NCBI GenBank assembly: GCA_963721805.1
Contig: CAVRJY010000002.1
Span: forward strand, 256,001 to 320,000
Reading direction: 5' to 3'
DNA length: 64,000 bases
DNA from: Nitrospirota bacterium
Lineage (GTDB): Bacteria > Nitrospirota > Thermodesulfovibrionia > Thermodesulfovibrionales > JdFR-86
The position numbers were made by a program, and so were the translations under genes. Below are positions 51,409 to 60,609 of the stretch, one piece after another. Every line of letters begins with the position of its first letter. The stretch's first letter is position 1. A model generated the notes under the pieces. That model was not told the origin of the DNA. It saw only the letters and a list, made by a program, of their open reading frames with translations, and did not search any database.

Positions 51409-51722
51409 ATTGTATTTCAATGTTTTGGAATGAGGTGATGAATAAGCCAAATTATGTGGTATACAAGCCAAATCTATAGAGGATAAACTTCAACTGCCAA
51501 TTCTCACGACCTGATTTTAAATTGCTTAATCTATCAATAGATGATCCCTCTTGGTCACAATATGGTCACAGGTTTTGTGAGCATGAGCAATACAGGGGAG
51601 GTGTCATTACTGTTGATGGCGTTGTGTATCAATCACCCCACATAGGATTGTAGCCTAAGCTATGATTTATGTAAAGCTGGGGTTATTTGACGTTCCCGGC
51701 AAATTGGAAACAGCATAAAATA

Positions 51723-54700
51723 CTATGATTCCGTTGAAGGCTCGGCCGCATTGTCGTCGCCGTAAAAATGTTTCCTGAGTTCGATGCTTTGCTCAACACG
51801 TCTTTTTTCCGACGCAATTTGCCTATTTAACCTTTCAACATAGCCTTCTGCAAAAATACGAACTTTATGTTCATCATCCATAAGCCAGTCTTCAACTTCT
51901 TTCTTCTTACCCTCATAAGCATTTACGAAGCCAAATTCCCCAGATACAACTCCGGTGCTGGACAAAACGATGTCGACATTTGTCAGCAATTCATCCTGCT
52001 CTGGCAAAGCCAATATAATTTCTCTGCAAATATCTTTAAGAAAGTAACCGCCATCGTAACTTCTGAGTATTCCCAAAACAAAAGGAATGCTGTTCTGTTG
52101 CTTTGACCTGACAAGTTCGACTAGTATTTGGTTGAAAGCAGCTGGGAAGCTTGGGAATATGCTCTTAAGCAGTTTGCCCCCTCTAAACCTAAATAATGCT
52201 GGATCAGACTCAAACCACTCTTTTGTAATCGCTACCGCTTCATCGGGAATGGAAGAAAGCGGCTCATGGAGGTTGTGAAACATATAAGGCACAGCGTCAT
52301 AACGTTCAGCTAATGCCGAGGGATTCTCCTTCTTTAATCGTTCGCCAAAAAAACTGATGACTTTTGCAGGCCATTGTTGGGCTATTTGGAATAATATTTC
52401 TTCAGCTTCATGCTGAATTGAATTCACCAACAGAAGGTTTGCCAAAATAATATCTATGCCATTTTCGTCAATCTCGGACATAAATCTTTTCAGGCTTTTC
52501 TGAAACCACATCTGATGTATCCAACCTGTGACTTTAAGCTCGGTTAATTCCGCGATAGCGGGGATAAAAAGCTCTTGCACAAGATGTTTGTGAGCCTCAC
52601 TGTAAGTAGCTATGACAGCTCTTATAACTCCGATAAGCGCCGCTTCGTCCTTCAGCTCTTTAGCCTTAATGTATAGTTTCTTTAATAGGACTTCATCTAA
52701 ATGAGCACTGCTCGATAATACCCAAGAACACAAATAAAGATTTGTGCCTGCGTCTATTTGGCTATTCAAATATTTGATTGCATGTTCTCGGCCCGCCCCT
52801 TTTAATAAACCGCCAAGTATCCCTGCTATAAAACCACCTAGCTTATCTTCATGCTTGTCTATCAAATCAAGACAGAAGTCAGGATTGGTTTGGGCCAAAT
52901 TCTCTAAGAACTGAAAAAACATCGGGAATGTAGCTAAGTCATCCGATCTCGTCTTAGCACACTTAATAATTATTTCCTTCCAGAATACTGCATTGGTATC
53001 ATTTATTGACGCGGCAAATTCTCTGATCTTTTCATTGCGGTAGGTATCGGTTCTTGTGTAATCTCTATCACCAATTTCCCAATCCTCCATAAAAATAGAT
53101 TTGAAGCCTACAAGAGTTTTGTAGATTACATACTCGACATTGGCATTTAACTTATTCCTAAGCTGCATAATATCATCAATCAGAATTTCATTTTGTTTTC
53201 TTATTGACTCGCTGTATTCTTTGGCTTTGATGCCAACGGAACGCTGATATAAAAAGAATACATCTTGTTCGATGTCCTGAAGAATATCGTATTGTTCGCT
53301 GGAAGCGACTTCACTGTAAAACTGGACGATATTGGCGCAGTCTTTCAAGACAATCTCAAGCAATTCGTCTTCATAGCTTCCTTGCCACGGCAATTGCTCA
53401 GCCTTATCCAATACCATGATGATTTTTCTCTTCTCAGTGCCTGAAGTGGTCGTTTTGTATAAATCCTTTAATAACGTTAGCGCATCACTGCGAATAACGC
53501 TAAGCTCATCGCTGCCTAGCAAATTGAGCGTCTTAAATGTAACCTGTTTGTAAGTGCTATAAGTTCCATGTGCTGTGCAGTTCAGAACCTCTGCGCATAC
53601 CCTGATTATTAAGCCTTCAAGTGCGATAATCGCGCTTGGCTCCAAATCCTTAAGCTTGCCAATCAAAGTGCTCTGCACATATATCCCTGCTTGACGCAAT
53701 ACGTCCAGATCGTAGGCTGCCAAGTGGCCCACAACCTCGTTAATCTTTTCTTTCTCCTTCTCAGTATTTGAATGAAGGTATAGTTCCATCAAAGCTGACA
53801 AGGTGGCTTCAATATCAACGTAACGCACATCATTAAGAATGTCCAAGCATTTTTCAATCACCTCTTGAGAAGTCTTCCCCGGATAATTGCCGAAAGGTCC
53901 GCTAATTGGTATTGTCGGTTTTTCCCGCGCGATAGTTGATGCTGTTCTCACAACATCAAGGATTGCATCTAGCACCTTGGGAATTTCATCATAATGCGGA
54001 AGGACATAATCTCTGTATCGTTCAAGGATATTATATAGCTGATTATTATCTGTGCTATTTTGAATTTCAGTAATAATATCTCTGTCAAACAGCTGCTTGC
54101 CAGTTAAAAGCCTTTGATAGTCATGCTGTATTTTCTGAAACTCATATCCAGCGGGAAGTAGATATTGCTCCATAAGCTTCTTTAGGCGGGCATCAATCTT
54201 TTTGAACAGGCTATCTCCAAATCCACTTGTCTCCGTCTTTTTGTAAATCATATCGTGGGCTGTTTCTGACCAAGCGTGATTAAGAATCGTATGCACTTGG
54301 ATTTCACATTTTAGTCCCGCATACTCTGAGTATTCTGGCAATTTAGTGCGCTCTTCTTTCAGTTCAACCACAAAGTGATTAGCTATGTAATATTCATTAG
54401 CTGAAGCAGTCTTATCACTAGGATAATGGATTTTAGTGCTGTCCCAATGAACATTAAAATTGTCGCGGATGGTTCCTGATCCGATTAATTTGTCTACGTC
54501 GTCATTGTAATAAAAGATTATTCGGCATCCTGCCAGATCATTTATATGTTCTTCTATAACATCTGTATGACTCAAGCCTTTAAGTTCGAGCTTTTTGGCC
54601 AATGATTCAACTTCCTTAGCCCTAACTTGTATTTGCTGTAGATGGTATCCTTTGCCTTTGATTGCAGCATTAATAATATCTCTGACGGTCTTCGCCAGCC

Positions 54701-54746
54701 GTTCATACAGCACTCGCTTATGGGCGTTATATTCTTGCAGGTTCAT
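51723..54746 (-). CDS. RelA_SpoT (small alarmone synthetase-like) domain fused to about 780 aa of helical C-terminal region
   Basis: RAKEVESLAKK, DLAGCRII, YIANHFVV, EIQVHT..HAWSETAHDMIYK in the first ~190 aa. Confidence 0.85.
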   Translation of the reverse strand: MNLQEYNAHKRVLYERLAKTVRDIINAAIKGKGYHLQQIQVRAKEVESLAKKLELKGLSHTDVIEEHINDLAGCRIIFYYNDDVDKLIGSGTIRDNFNVHWDSTKIHYPSDKTASANEYYIANHFVVELKEERTKLPEYSEYAGLKCEIQVHTILNHAWSETAHDMIYKKTETSGFGDSLFKKIDARLKKLMEQYLLPAGYEFQKIQHDYQRLLTGKQLFDRDIITEIQNSTDNNQLYNILERYRDYVLPHYDEIPKVLDAILDVVRTASTIAREKPTIPISGPFGNYPGKTSQEVIEKCLDILNDVRYVDIEATLSALMELYLHSNTEKEKEKINEVVGHLAAYDLDVLRQAGIYVQSTLIGKLKDLEPSAIIALEGLIIRVCAEVLNCTAHGTYSTYKQVTFKTLNLLGSDELSVIRSDALTLLKDLYKTTTSGTEKRKIIMVLDKAEQLPWQGSYEDELLEIVLKDCANIVQFYSEVASSEQYDILQDIEQDVFFLYQRSVGIKAKEYSESIRKQNEILIDDIMQLRNKLNANVEYVIYKTLVGFKSIFMEDWEIGDRDYTRTDTYRNEKIREFAASINDTNAVFWKEIIIKCAKTRSDDLATFPMFFQFLENLAQTNPDFCLDLIDKHEDKLGGFIAGILGGLLKGAGREHAIKYLNSQIDAGTNLYLCSWVLSSSAHLDEVLLKKLYIKAKELKDEAALIGVIRAVIATYSEAHKHLVQELFIPAIAELTELKVTGWIHQMWFQKSLKRFMSEIDENGIDIILANLLLVNSIQHEAEEILFQIAQQWPAKVISFFGERLKKENPSALAERYDAVPYMFHNLHEPLSSIPDEAVAITKEWFESDPALFRFRGGKLLKSIFPSFPAAFNQILVELVRSKQQNSIPFVLGILRSYDGGYFLKDICREIILALPEQDELLTNVDIVLSSTGVVSGEFGFVNAYEGKKKEVEDWLMDDEHKVRIFAEGYVERLNRQIASEKRRVEQSIELRKHFYGDDNAAEPSTES

Positions 54747-54981
54747 ATAATTATATTAGGCCAATGATGCCGTGATGGTCAGATCGTTGTTTCTTCATGC
54801 GCGGTTCCCATTGCATTAATTTAGCACAAAAACAAGAAATCCACCTATGCATGACTTTCCCAGTCTTTCCGTAGAAAAAGCGCCTTTACAAAAATCCATT
54901 TTCCGTCATAATTTACATCAGAATGCGAATACGGGCGAGCGCCCAATTGTATTGTAATTAAAGCCATTAAATTTCAAACAA

Positions 54982-55386
54982 ATGAATGAGGTTAAAACAT
55001 GTAATTTCGGAGAGCATCTTATGATTGATGGCTATGGCGGAGACCCCGAAAGATTAAACGACAAAGACTTGGTAATGCTTTCTTTGGTGGAGTTGCCGCA
55101 TCAGCTCGGCATGAAGAGGTTGAGCGATCCGCATGTCTATGAAGCCCCGGATAATGGGATGAAAGACCCCGGCGGCTGGAGCGGCGTTGTCATCATCGCC
55201 GAAAGCCACATCAGCATTCATACCTTCCCGCTGCGGAAGTTCGTGAGCATCGATGTCTATACCTGTATGAACGGCATAGATCGTGAATTTATCCGCAAGT
55301 ATTTTTCGGAGATATTCAAACTGCAAGATGTCGAGGAAAACTTTGTCAAAAGAGGGACGAGGTATCCGGTTTGCAATGTTTGTTAA
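54982..55386 (+). CDS. SpeD-like pyruvoyl-dependent decarboxylase A
   Basis: FGEHL.IDGY, IAESHISIHTFP, DVYTC. Confidence 0.85.
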   Translation: MNEVKTCNFGEHLMIDGYGGDPERLNDKDLVMLSLVELPHQLGMKRLSDPHVYEAPDNGMKDPGGWSGVVIIAESHISIHTFPLRKFVSIDVYTCMNGIDREFIRKYFSEIFKLQDVEENFVKRGTRYPVCNVC

Positions 55387-55403
55387 ATAGGAAATGTTGG
55401 ATG

Positions 55404-55442
55404 AAAAAAGCGCTGAGGGGTGATACCCTAGCGCTTTTTCTT
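55404..55442. terminator. Bidirectional terminator
   Basis: AAAAAAGCGCT.AGGG/CCCTAGCGCTTTTT between convergent genes. Confidence 0.75.
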
Positions 55443-55921
55443 TAGCCTAATGCCAAAGAGGTGAATACGAGTGTGATGACGATCAGCTCAAGGCCGATCT
55501 CTGTCCATGCGGAGTAGTAAATGAACTTGGGAAGCTTCTTGCCGCCACGGGTCAAGAGATAGCCCGGCGCGATGAACGTCACCGCGCAGTTCATGGCGAA
55601 TCCAGTCCAGCCGATTTTGCCTATGAACTTGAGCTTGGAAACATCCACGGAGTCGATGGCCTTAAAGAACTTGCCGAACTCCAAGTGCTGAAGATGCTCC
55701 AGCACGTTGACTCCCATGGCCGACAGGATCATGATGAGCCCCGTGGTGTAGAAAATCTCCACGACCCCGACGATCATCAGATAGGTGGTGCCGGATACGC
55801 CCATCTCCGCTGTCATTTGCTTCCGTTTCTGAATGACTCGCGCCACAATCACGATGACGATGGCCATAGTGATCATAGTCGTGAAGTTAATCAGCAGGCG
55901 GATTGTGTCGCCCAGATTCAT
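55442..55921 (-). CDS. Small 4-TM membrane protein
   Basis: ATG 55921 overlaps the upstream stop, SD AAGGAGG; four hydrophobic segments. Confidence 0.7.
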   Translation of the reverse strand: MNLGDTIRLLINFTTMITMAIVIVIVARVIQKRKQMTAEMGVSGTTYLMIVGVVEIFYTTGLIMILSAMGVNVLEHLQHLEFGKFFKAIDSVDVSKLKFIGKIGWTGFAMNCAVTFIAPGYLLTRGGKKLPKFIYYSAWTEIGLELIVITLVFTSLALG

Positions 55922-56709
55922 GACTTCCTCCTTCCTATGTCTTCCGGCAGTCGCAGGAAAAGCTTCTTCCCGATCCACCGGATTACCGGCTTCAGAAACG
56001 GCAGAGCCTTTGTGACTCTGTAAAGCGGATTATCCCACCTGATCAGAACGCCGTAGTTAAGGCTGTCCGGGTCATCCATGTATTCCGGGATGATCTCCTC
56101 GATCTCGAAGCCGTCCTTCAGGTAGAAGTAAAGTTCCGGGTCGAGCGGCTTTCCGTTTCTCCTCTTGCCATAGACATAGTCCTCGACCTTGATGTCCCGG
56201 TGCTTGTGGTAGCTGGGGATTCGCGAGCCAATATATCCAGCTTTCAATCCCTCTCCTATGATTCCCACCAAGACTGTGGCGAGGACGAGTTTGTCGGATA
56301 CCTTCTTAGGTGCCTCTCTTGTGACAGAGAGATCAACCCCAAAGCCCAGATTGCCAGTTGGCACATGAGTAGTGAGATAGCCATTGCCCGTTTTTTCGAG
56401 CCAAGACTTGTTCTTTCGAAGCTCTTCCTCTGTTGTGAATATGTTATTTAGTGTAGCAACCATCTTCCCATTCGCAAAAGCACAGTAAGTGGTTTGCGGA
56501 CAGATTTTGAAGTGGCTTTTTACCTTGTCCACGGTCCATAAGTATTCGTCTTTCGTTATGGCCCCCCAGACCTCTCTGTTTATGCGCACAAAATCATGCG
56601 CTAGCTGGTCCGCGTCATATCCTCTCTCCAAGAGGTCACTGACTCTGGTTACGACAAAGTCATTTCCAGCCCTTTTTAGGCTGAAGAAAGCCTTTATCTT
56701 GCTAGACAT
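55918..56709 (-). CDS. GNAT-fold-like protein
   Basis: W...TGNGYL.TH.P.G..FGVDLSV, GSRIPSY, DPELYFY..GF..IPEYM.DPDSLNYGVLIRWDNP pattern; SD AAGGAGG. Confidence 0.65.
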   Translation of the reverse strand: MSSKIKAFFSLKRAGNDFVVTRVSDLLERGYDADQLAHDFVRINREVWGAITKDEYLWTVDKVKSHFKICPQTTYCAFANGKMVATLNNIFTTEEELRKNKSWLEKTGNGYLTTHVPTGNLGFGVDLSVTREAPKKVSDKLVLATVLVGIIGEGLKAGYIGSRIPSYHKHRDIKVEDYVYGKRRNGKPLDPELYFYLKDGFEIEEIIPEYMDDPDSLNYGVLIRWDNPLYRVTKALPFLKPVIRWIGKKLFLRLPEDIGRRKS

Positions 56710-56898
56710 CGATCCCTCCTTGAGTTCGTTATTTTAAGGTGCAACCAGCCATATTAGCACAAACACGAAATTTGTCAAACGCCCGTTAAAGTATTATACT
56801 GACATAAAGGAATCAATCTTTTTTGCGGCTATAGTTATCGCATTTGCGGATTCCCTGATAGCGTCTAATCAAATCATTATTCGCCTAGAAAATAAACA

Positions 56899-58665
56899 AT
56901 GTTTGGTGATGATCTTGTCTTATTCTTAATAGTGCTCACCCTCATTTTGTGCTTGGGTGTTGTTATCTATATTCAGAACCGGAAAAATGCGCTGCATAAA
57001 TCTTTCCTTTATCTTTCTATTGCAATTGCAATCTGGGTATTCGCCAATTACATGGAAGATGCAGTATCGCTCTATAGTTTGAAAGCCGTTCTCACTCAAA
57101 TTGATTTTATCTCTGCTCTATATATGGCATATTTCTTTTTTGATTTCTGCTATGTCTTCTCTAAGGACCAAGTGCAAATACCAAGGATAAGCATTTACAG
57201 GAAAATATTATTTTCCATCTCGATCCTGTTTTCCTTATTGATATTGTTTTCTCAGGCAGTCATCGGGCACGTTCTTTTGTCGAATGGGGTTAGCAATCCG
57301 GTATATGGGAATTTGCACTTTCCGTATATTGCCTATTTAGTTTTAGTTGATCTCATGGGTTTATGGTTTCTCTTGATTAAATATGCAAAAGAAGATTCCT
57401 CTACAAAAAAACAAACTGTCTCAGTATTCCTCGGTTCTTTCTTGGTCGTCATTGCAATGGTAATTGCGAATATAGTTTTGCCTATGATAATGGGATACAG
57501 CTCAAATTTTCTGTTTTTATCGCGCTTAGGGGTTTACAGTGTATTAATCCTCATCGGATTCATGAGCTATTCAATTGCCAAGAGCAATTTCCTGAATATC
57601 AAGATTATTACGGCGCAACTTTTTTCAATCGCAATGGTGCTTGTGTTTTTCTATGAGATACTCTCTTCGCAAAGTAAGCAGGAACTATTCTTGCGGATAA
57701 TCCTTTTCCTTCTGGTTTTGTATTTTGCTTCGATGATCGTTACTTACGTCAAGCTGGAAGTCAAAAGAAAAGAAGAAGTGGAAATGCTCAACAAGGAAAT
57801 CAACGAACGCAAAGAAGAACTGCAAAAGATGTCAGACTCTCTGGCCGTCGCCAACGATCAGATGAAAAAGCTGGATCGCGCCAAATCCGAATTCATTTCC
57901 CGCGCCTCTCATGACTTACGAACACCGCTCACCGGCATCAAAGGCTATGTCTCGATGCTGGCGGAAGGCTCCTATGGGGAAGTGACTGACAAGCAAAAAG
58001 ACATTCTGGGCAAAACCTATTCCATCGGCGAAGGCATGCTGAGTCTGGTTGAAGACCTCCTCAGCGCCTCCAAGCTTGAAGCTCAAGGAATGTCGTATGA
58101 ATTCGGCAAATGGAAAATCGAAGATGTTTGCCAGCAGATTGTCGATACACTCTATCCCAAGGCCAAAGGCATGGGGCTCTACCTCGATTACCAGAAACCG
58201 CAAGAGGTCTTGCCGGAACTGGTCATTGATGGCAGGAGGATCAAAGAGGCCATTTCCAATCTGGTGGATAATGCGGTCAAGTATTCCAAACAGGGAGGCG
58301 TGACGGTGCGTCTGGAGCGCGCAGAGGCCTCCAATTACCAGCCGCCAGTCACCAGCAATCCCAATGAGAAGTTCACGATGATCACTGGGGCGGTGGCGAG
58401 AATCACAATATCCGATACCGGCATCGGCATTCCGAAAGACGAAATCCCATATCTATTCGCCAAATTCTCCCGTGGCAAGGATACGACGCGCCTCAATGCC
58501 GGTGGCACCGGCTTGGGCCTGTATATCTGCAAAGGCTTCATCGAGGGCAACGGCGGCAAGATTTGGGTGGAGTCCGAGGGTGACGGCAAAGGCTCGCGCT
58601 TTATCGTGGAGCTACCGATTGAAACACCCAAGGATATTTTGGAGCAATCAGTGGATAAGAATTAA
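56899..58665 (+). CDS. Histidine kinase with N-terminal multi-TM (HisKA_7TM-like) sensor
   Basis: About 290 hydrophobic residues, then SHDLRTPL, NLVDNAVKY, DTGIG, GTGLGL. Confidence 0.92.
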   Translation: MFGDDLVLFLIVLTLILCLGVVIYIQNRKNALHKSFLYLSIAIAIWVFANYMEDAVSLYSLKAVLTQIDFISALYMAYFFFDFCYVFSKDQVQIPRISIYRKILFSISILFSLLILFSQAVIGHVLLSNGVSNPVYGNLHFPYIAYLVLVDLMGLWFLLIKYAKEDSSTKKQTVSVFLGSFLVVIAMVIANIVLPMIMGYSSNFLFLSRLGVYSVLILIGFMSYSIAKSNFLNIKIITAQLFSIAMVLVFFYEILSSQSKQELFLRIILFLLVLYFASMIVTYVKLEVKRKEEVEMLNKEINERKEELQKMSDSLAVANDQMKKLDRAKSEFISRASHDLRTPLTGIKGYVSMLAEGSYGEVTDKQKDILGKTYSIGEGMLSLVEDLLSASKLEAQGMSYEFGKWKIEDVCQQIVDTLYPKAKGMGLYLDYQKPQEVLPELVIDGRRIKEAISNLVDNAVKYSKQGGVTVRLERAEASNYQPPVTSNPNEKFTMITGAVARITISDTGIGIPKDEIPYLFAKFSRGKDTTRLNAGGTGLGLYICKGFIEGNGGKIWVESEGDGKGSRFIVELPIETPKDILEQSVDKN

Positions 58666-58673
58666 TTATATAC

Positions 58674-59063
58674 ATGAAAGAAATCCTGCTATTACTCAAC
58701 CGTGAACCTGAGAAGTTCTTCATCTATGAGGAACGGTTCAAGCGCGAACGGTGGGCGATGTTTGCCATGTCCAGCTTCAAGAACGTGCTGGATTATGCCG
58801 CACTGGACGATCCCGATCTTATCCTGTTCGATCTGAATTACGCAGGCGAGGCGCAAAAGGGTCTGGACTTCCTCAAAGAGTTCAAAGCCAGCCAGCGCTA
58901 CCGGCACATCCCGATCATTGTTTTGGCTGACGCGGACGATGAGGACTTGAGACGAAAAGTTAAAAAACTCGGCATTGAGGATTACGCGGTGAAATCGCAG
59001 ACGGATACGGAAGAGCTGGTGCGGAGAATCAAGGGCGTGCTACCAACGGAGCCTGAAGCTTAA
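58674..59063 (+). CDS. Single-domain response regulator (degenerate acidic pocket)
   Basis: PDLILFD, HIPIIVL, YAVK; N-terminal LNRE instead of ED. Confidence 0.8.
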   Translation: MKEILLLLNREPEKFFIYEERFKRERWAMFAMSSFKNVLDYAALDDPDLILFDLNYAGEAQKGLDFLKEFKASQRYRHIPIIVLADADDEDLRRKVKKLGIEDYAVKSQTDTEELVRRIKGVLPTEPEA

Positions 59064-59076
59064 TAATCACAAAACT

Positions 59077-59475
59077 ATGGAAAACAAGAAAACCAAGAAA
59101 ATATTGATGATCGAAGACGGTGAAATCTTCATCGAGATGTTCGGCGACCGCTTGAAGCAGGCCGGATATGAGGTTGAGTTTGCCAATAACGGAGCGTGGG
59201 GCATCAAGGAAGCGCTGAGCAATGACTTTGATCTGTTTATCATCGATATGCTGATGCCAGCGATGACCGGGGAAGAGATGATCACCAAGCTGAAACTGGA
59301 TGACAAGACCAAGAACATCCCGATAATCGTTTTGTCTGCCTCGGTGGACCATGAAACCCAGAAACGGGTGGAGACGATGGGCATCAGCGCGTTTTATCTG
59401 AAAACCCATATCACGCCGAGCGAGTTGGTGAAAAAGGCGGCGGAAATCCTCGGGTATGCCAAGATTCCTGAATAA
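59077..59475 (+). CDS. Single-domain response regulator
   Basis: MIEDG, DLFIIDMLMP, IPIIVLS, YLK. Confidence 0.9.
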   Translation: MENKKTKKILMIEDGEIFIEMFGDRLKQAGYEVEFANNGAWGIKEALSNDFDLFIIDMLMPAMTGEEMITKLKLDDKTKNIPIIVLSASVDHETQKRVETMGISAFYLKTHITPSELVKKAAEILGYAKIPE

Positions 59476-59513
59476 TCCGGGGGACTCGGCTGGCCAGAGG
59501 CCCTATTTTGCCC

Positions 59514-60053
59514 CTATAGGCCGCTCAGAAGGCCCGTCAGGCTGTCGTAGCCTAGAATATAGAGCTTGGCCCATACGAACATCTGAAAACCGCTTGCAAA
59601 GACGAATAGGCACACCCGGAGCAAATTCGATGGGATTCTTTCCCGAAAGAAGATCAGCAGATGAGCCGAACCATCCCAGAGCAGCAGTCGGATGACAATA
59701 CAGGTCTCGATCAGGATGCCTACAACCTTTGTCCGCTTGGTGATGGCATTACTGAGCTTTCTTAGTGACTGCATGAGGGTAATATCCAGCTTAAACCTAT
59801 CCCCAAATACAATAACGGCACCCGAAACCATAAGATTCAGCCCCCAGAGGATCAACCATATTGGGGTGTCGGTAAGCCCGTAATGTTTGAGAAGCGTAAC
59901 TATGGCGGCAGTTACCGCAACCAGAAACCATTCAGTGGCGTATAAGGACGGCACGAAGATAGCGGTAGCGATACCTTTTCTGCTGAGTTCTCGTTCATCT
60001 CCCGTGCTATCAACTGCCACCCACTCGGAAAGTTTTCTTTGCCATTTTCTCAT
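59514..60053 (-). CDS. Small multi-TM membrane protein
   Basis: ATGA overlap with the GNAT stop; 4-5 hydrophobic segments. Confidence 0.7.
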   Translation of the reverse strand: MRKWQRKLSEWVAVDSTGDERELSRKGIATAIFVPSLYATEWFLVAVTAAIVTLLKHYGLTDTPIWLILWGLNLMVSGAVIVFGDRFKLDITLMQSLRKLSNAITKRTKVVGILIETCIVIRLLLWDGSAHLLIFFRERIPSNLLRVCLFVFASGFQMFVWAKLYILGYDSLTGLLSGL

Positions 60054-60608
60054 TCGGGAGTGACCTTCTGGTTTATCTTCGGTGAATTGGTATATGTGCC
60101 TTCGATATAATCAGTTGGTTCGGTTCCGTTATAGTATTTCCAGTTCTCAATCCTTCTTACCAGCGTCACCATGTCTTTATAGTATCTCTGTATAACCTGA
60201 CTCAGCCCATTGTCCACCCTTGAGTGCATGGATACCTTATTGCATCCTCTTGCCATGGATTCTTCGATGAGTTTTGAAAGCATCCGTAAGAAGCCCCGCC
60301 CTTTGCGGAACTCAGGCAGAATGGACATGGTTTCAACGTAATATCGTTGTCCATCCTCTCGCATCAAAGGGTCATCTTCTTTCAGTTCTTCAACGGCTTT
60401 GTTCTGAGGCAAGGCTAATAGGTATCCAACGATTTTGGCATCTTCTTTTAACAGAATAAAAATATTGCTATAATCCTTCATCATTTCTCTATTGTATTGT
60501 TCGTAATCTTCGTCTTGCCATTCATCCGGGAAAGACAAACTATCAACCTGAAGAATCTCCCGCAAAACCTGCTCATCAAACTCTGTGATGACTTCAGCAA
60601 TTTGCATC
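60050..60608 (-). CDS. GNAT N-acyltransferase
   Basis: IVGYLLA, YVETMSILPEFRKGRG acyl-CoA-binding motif. Confidence 0.8.
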
Positions 60609-60609
60609 G

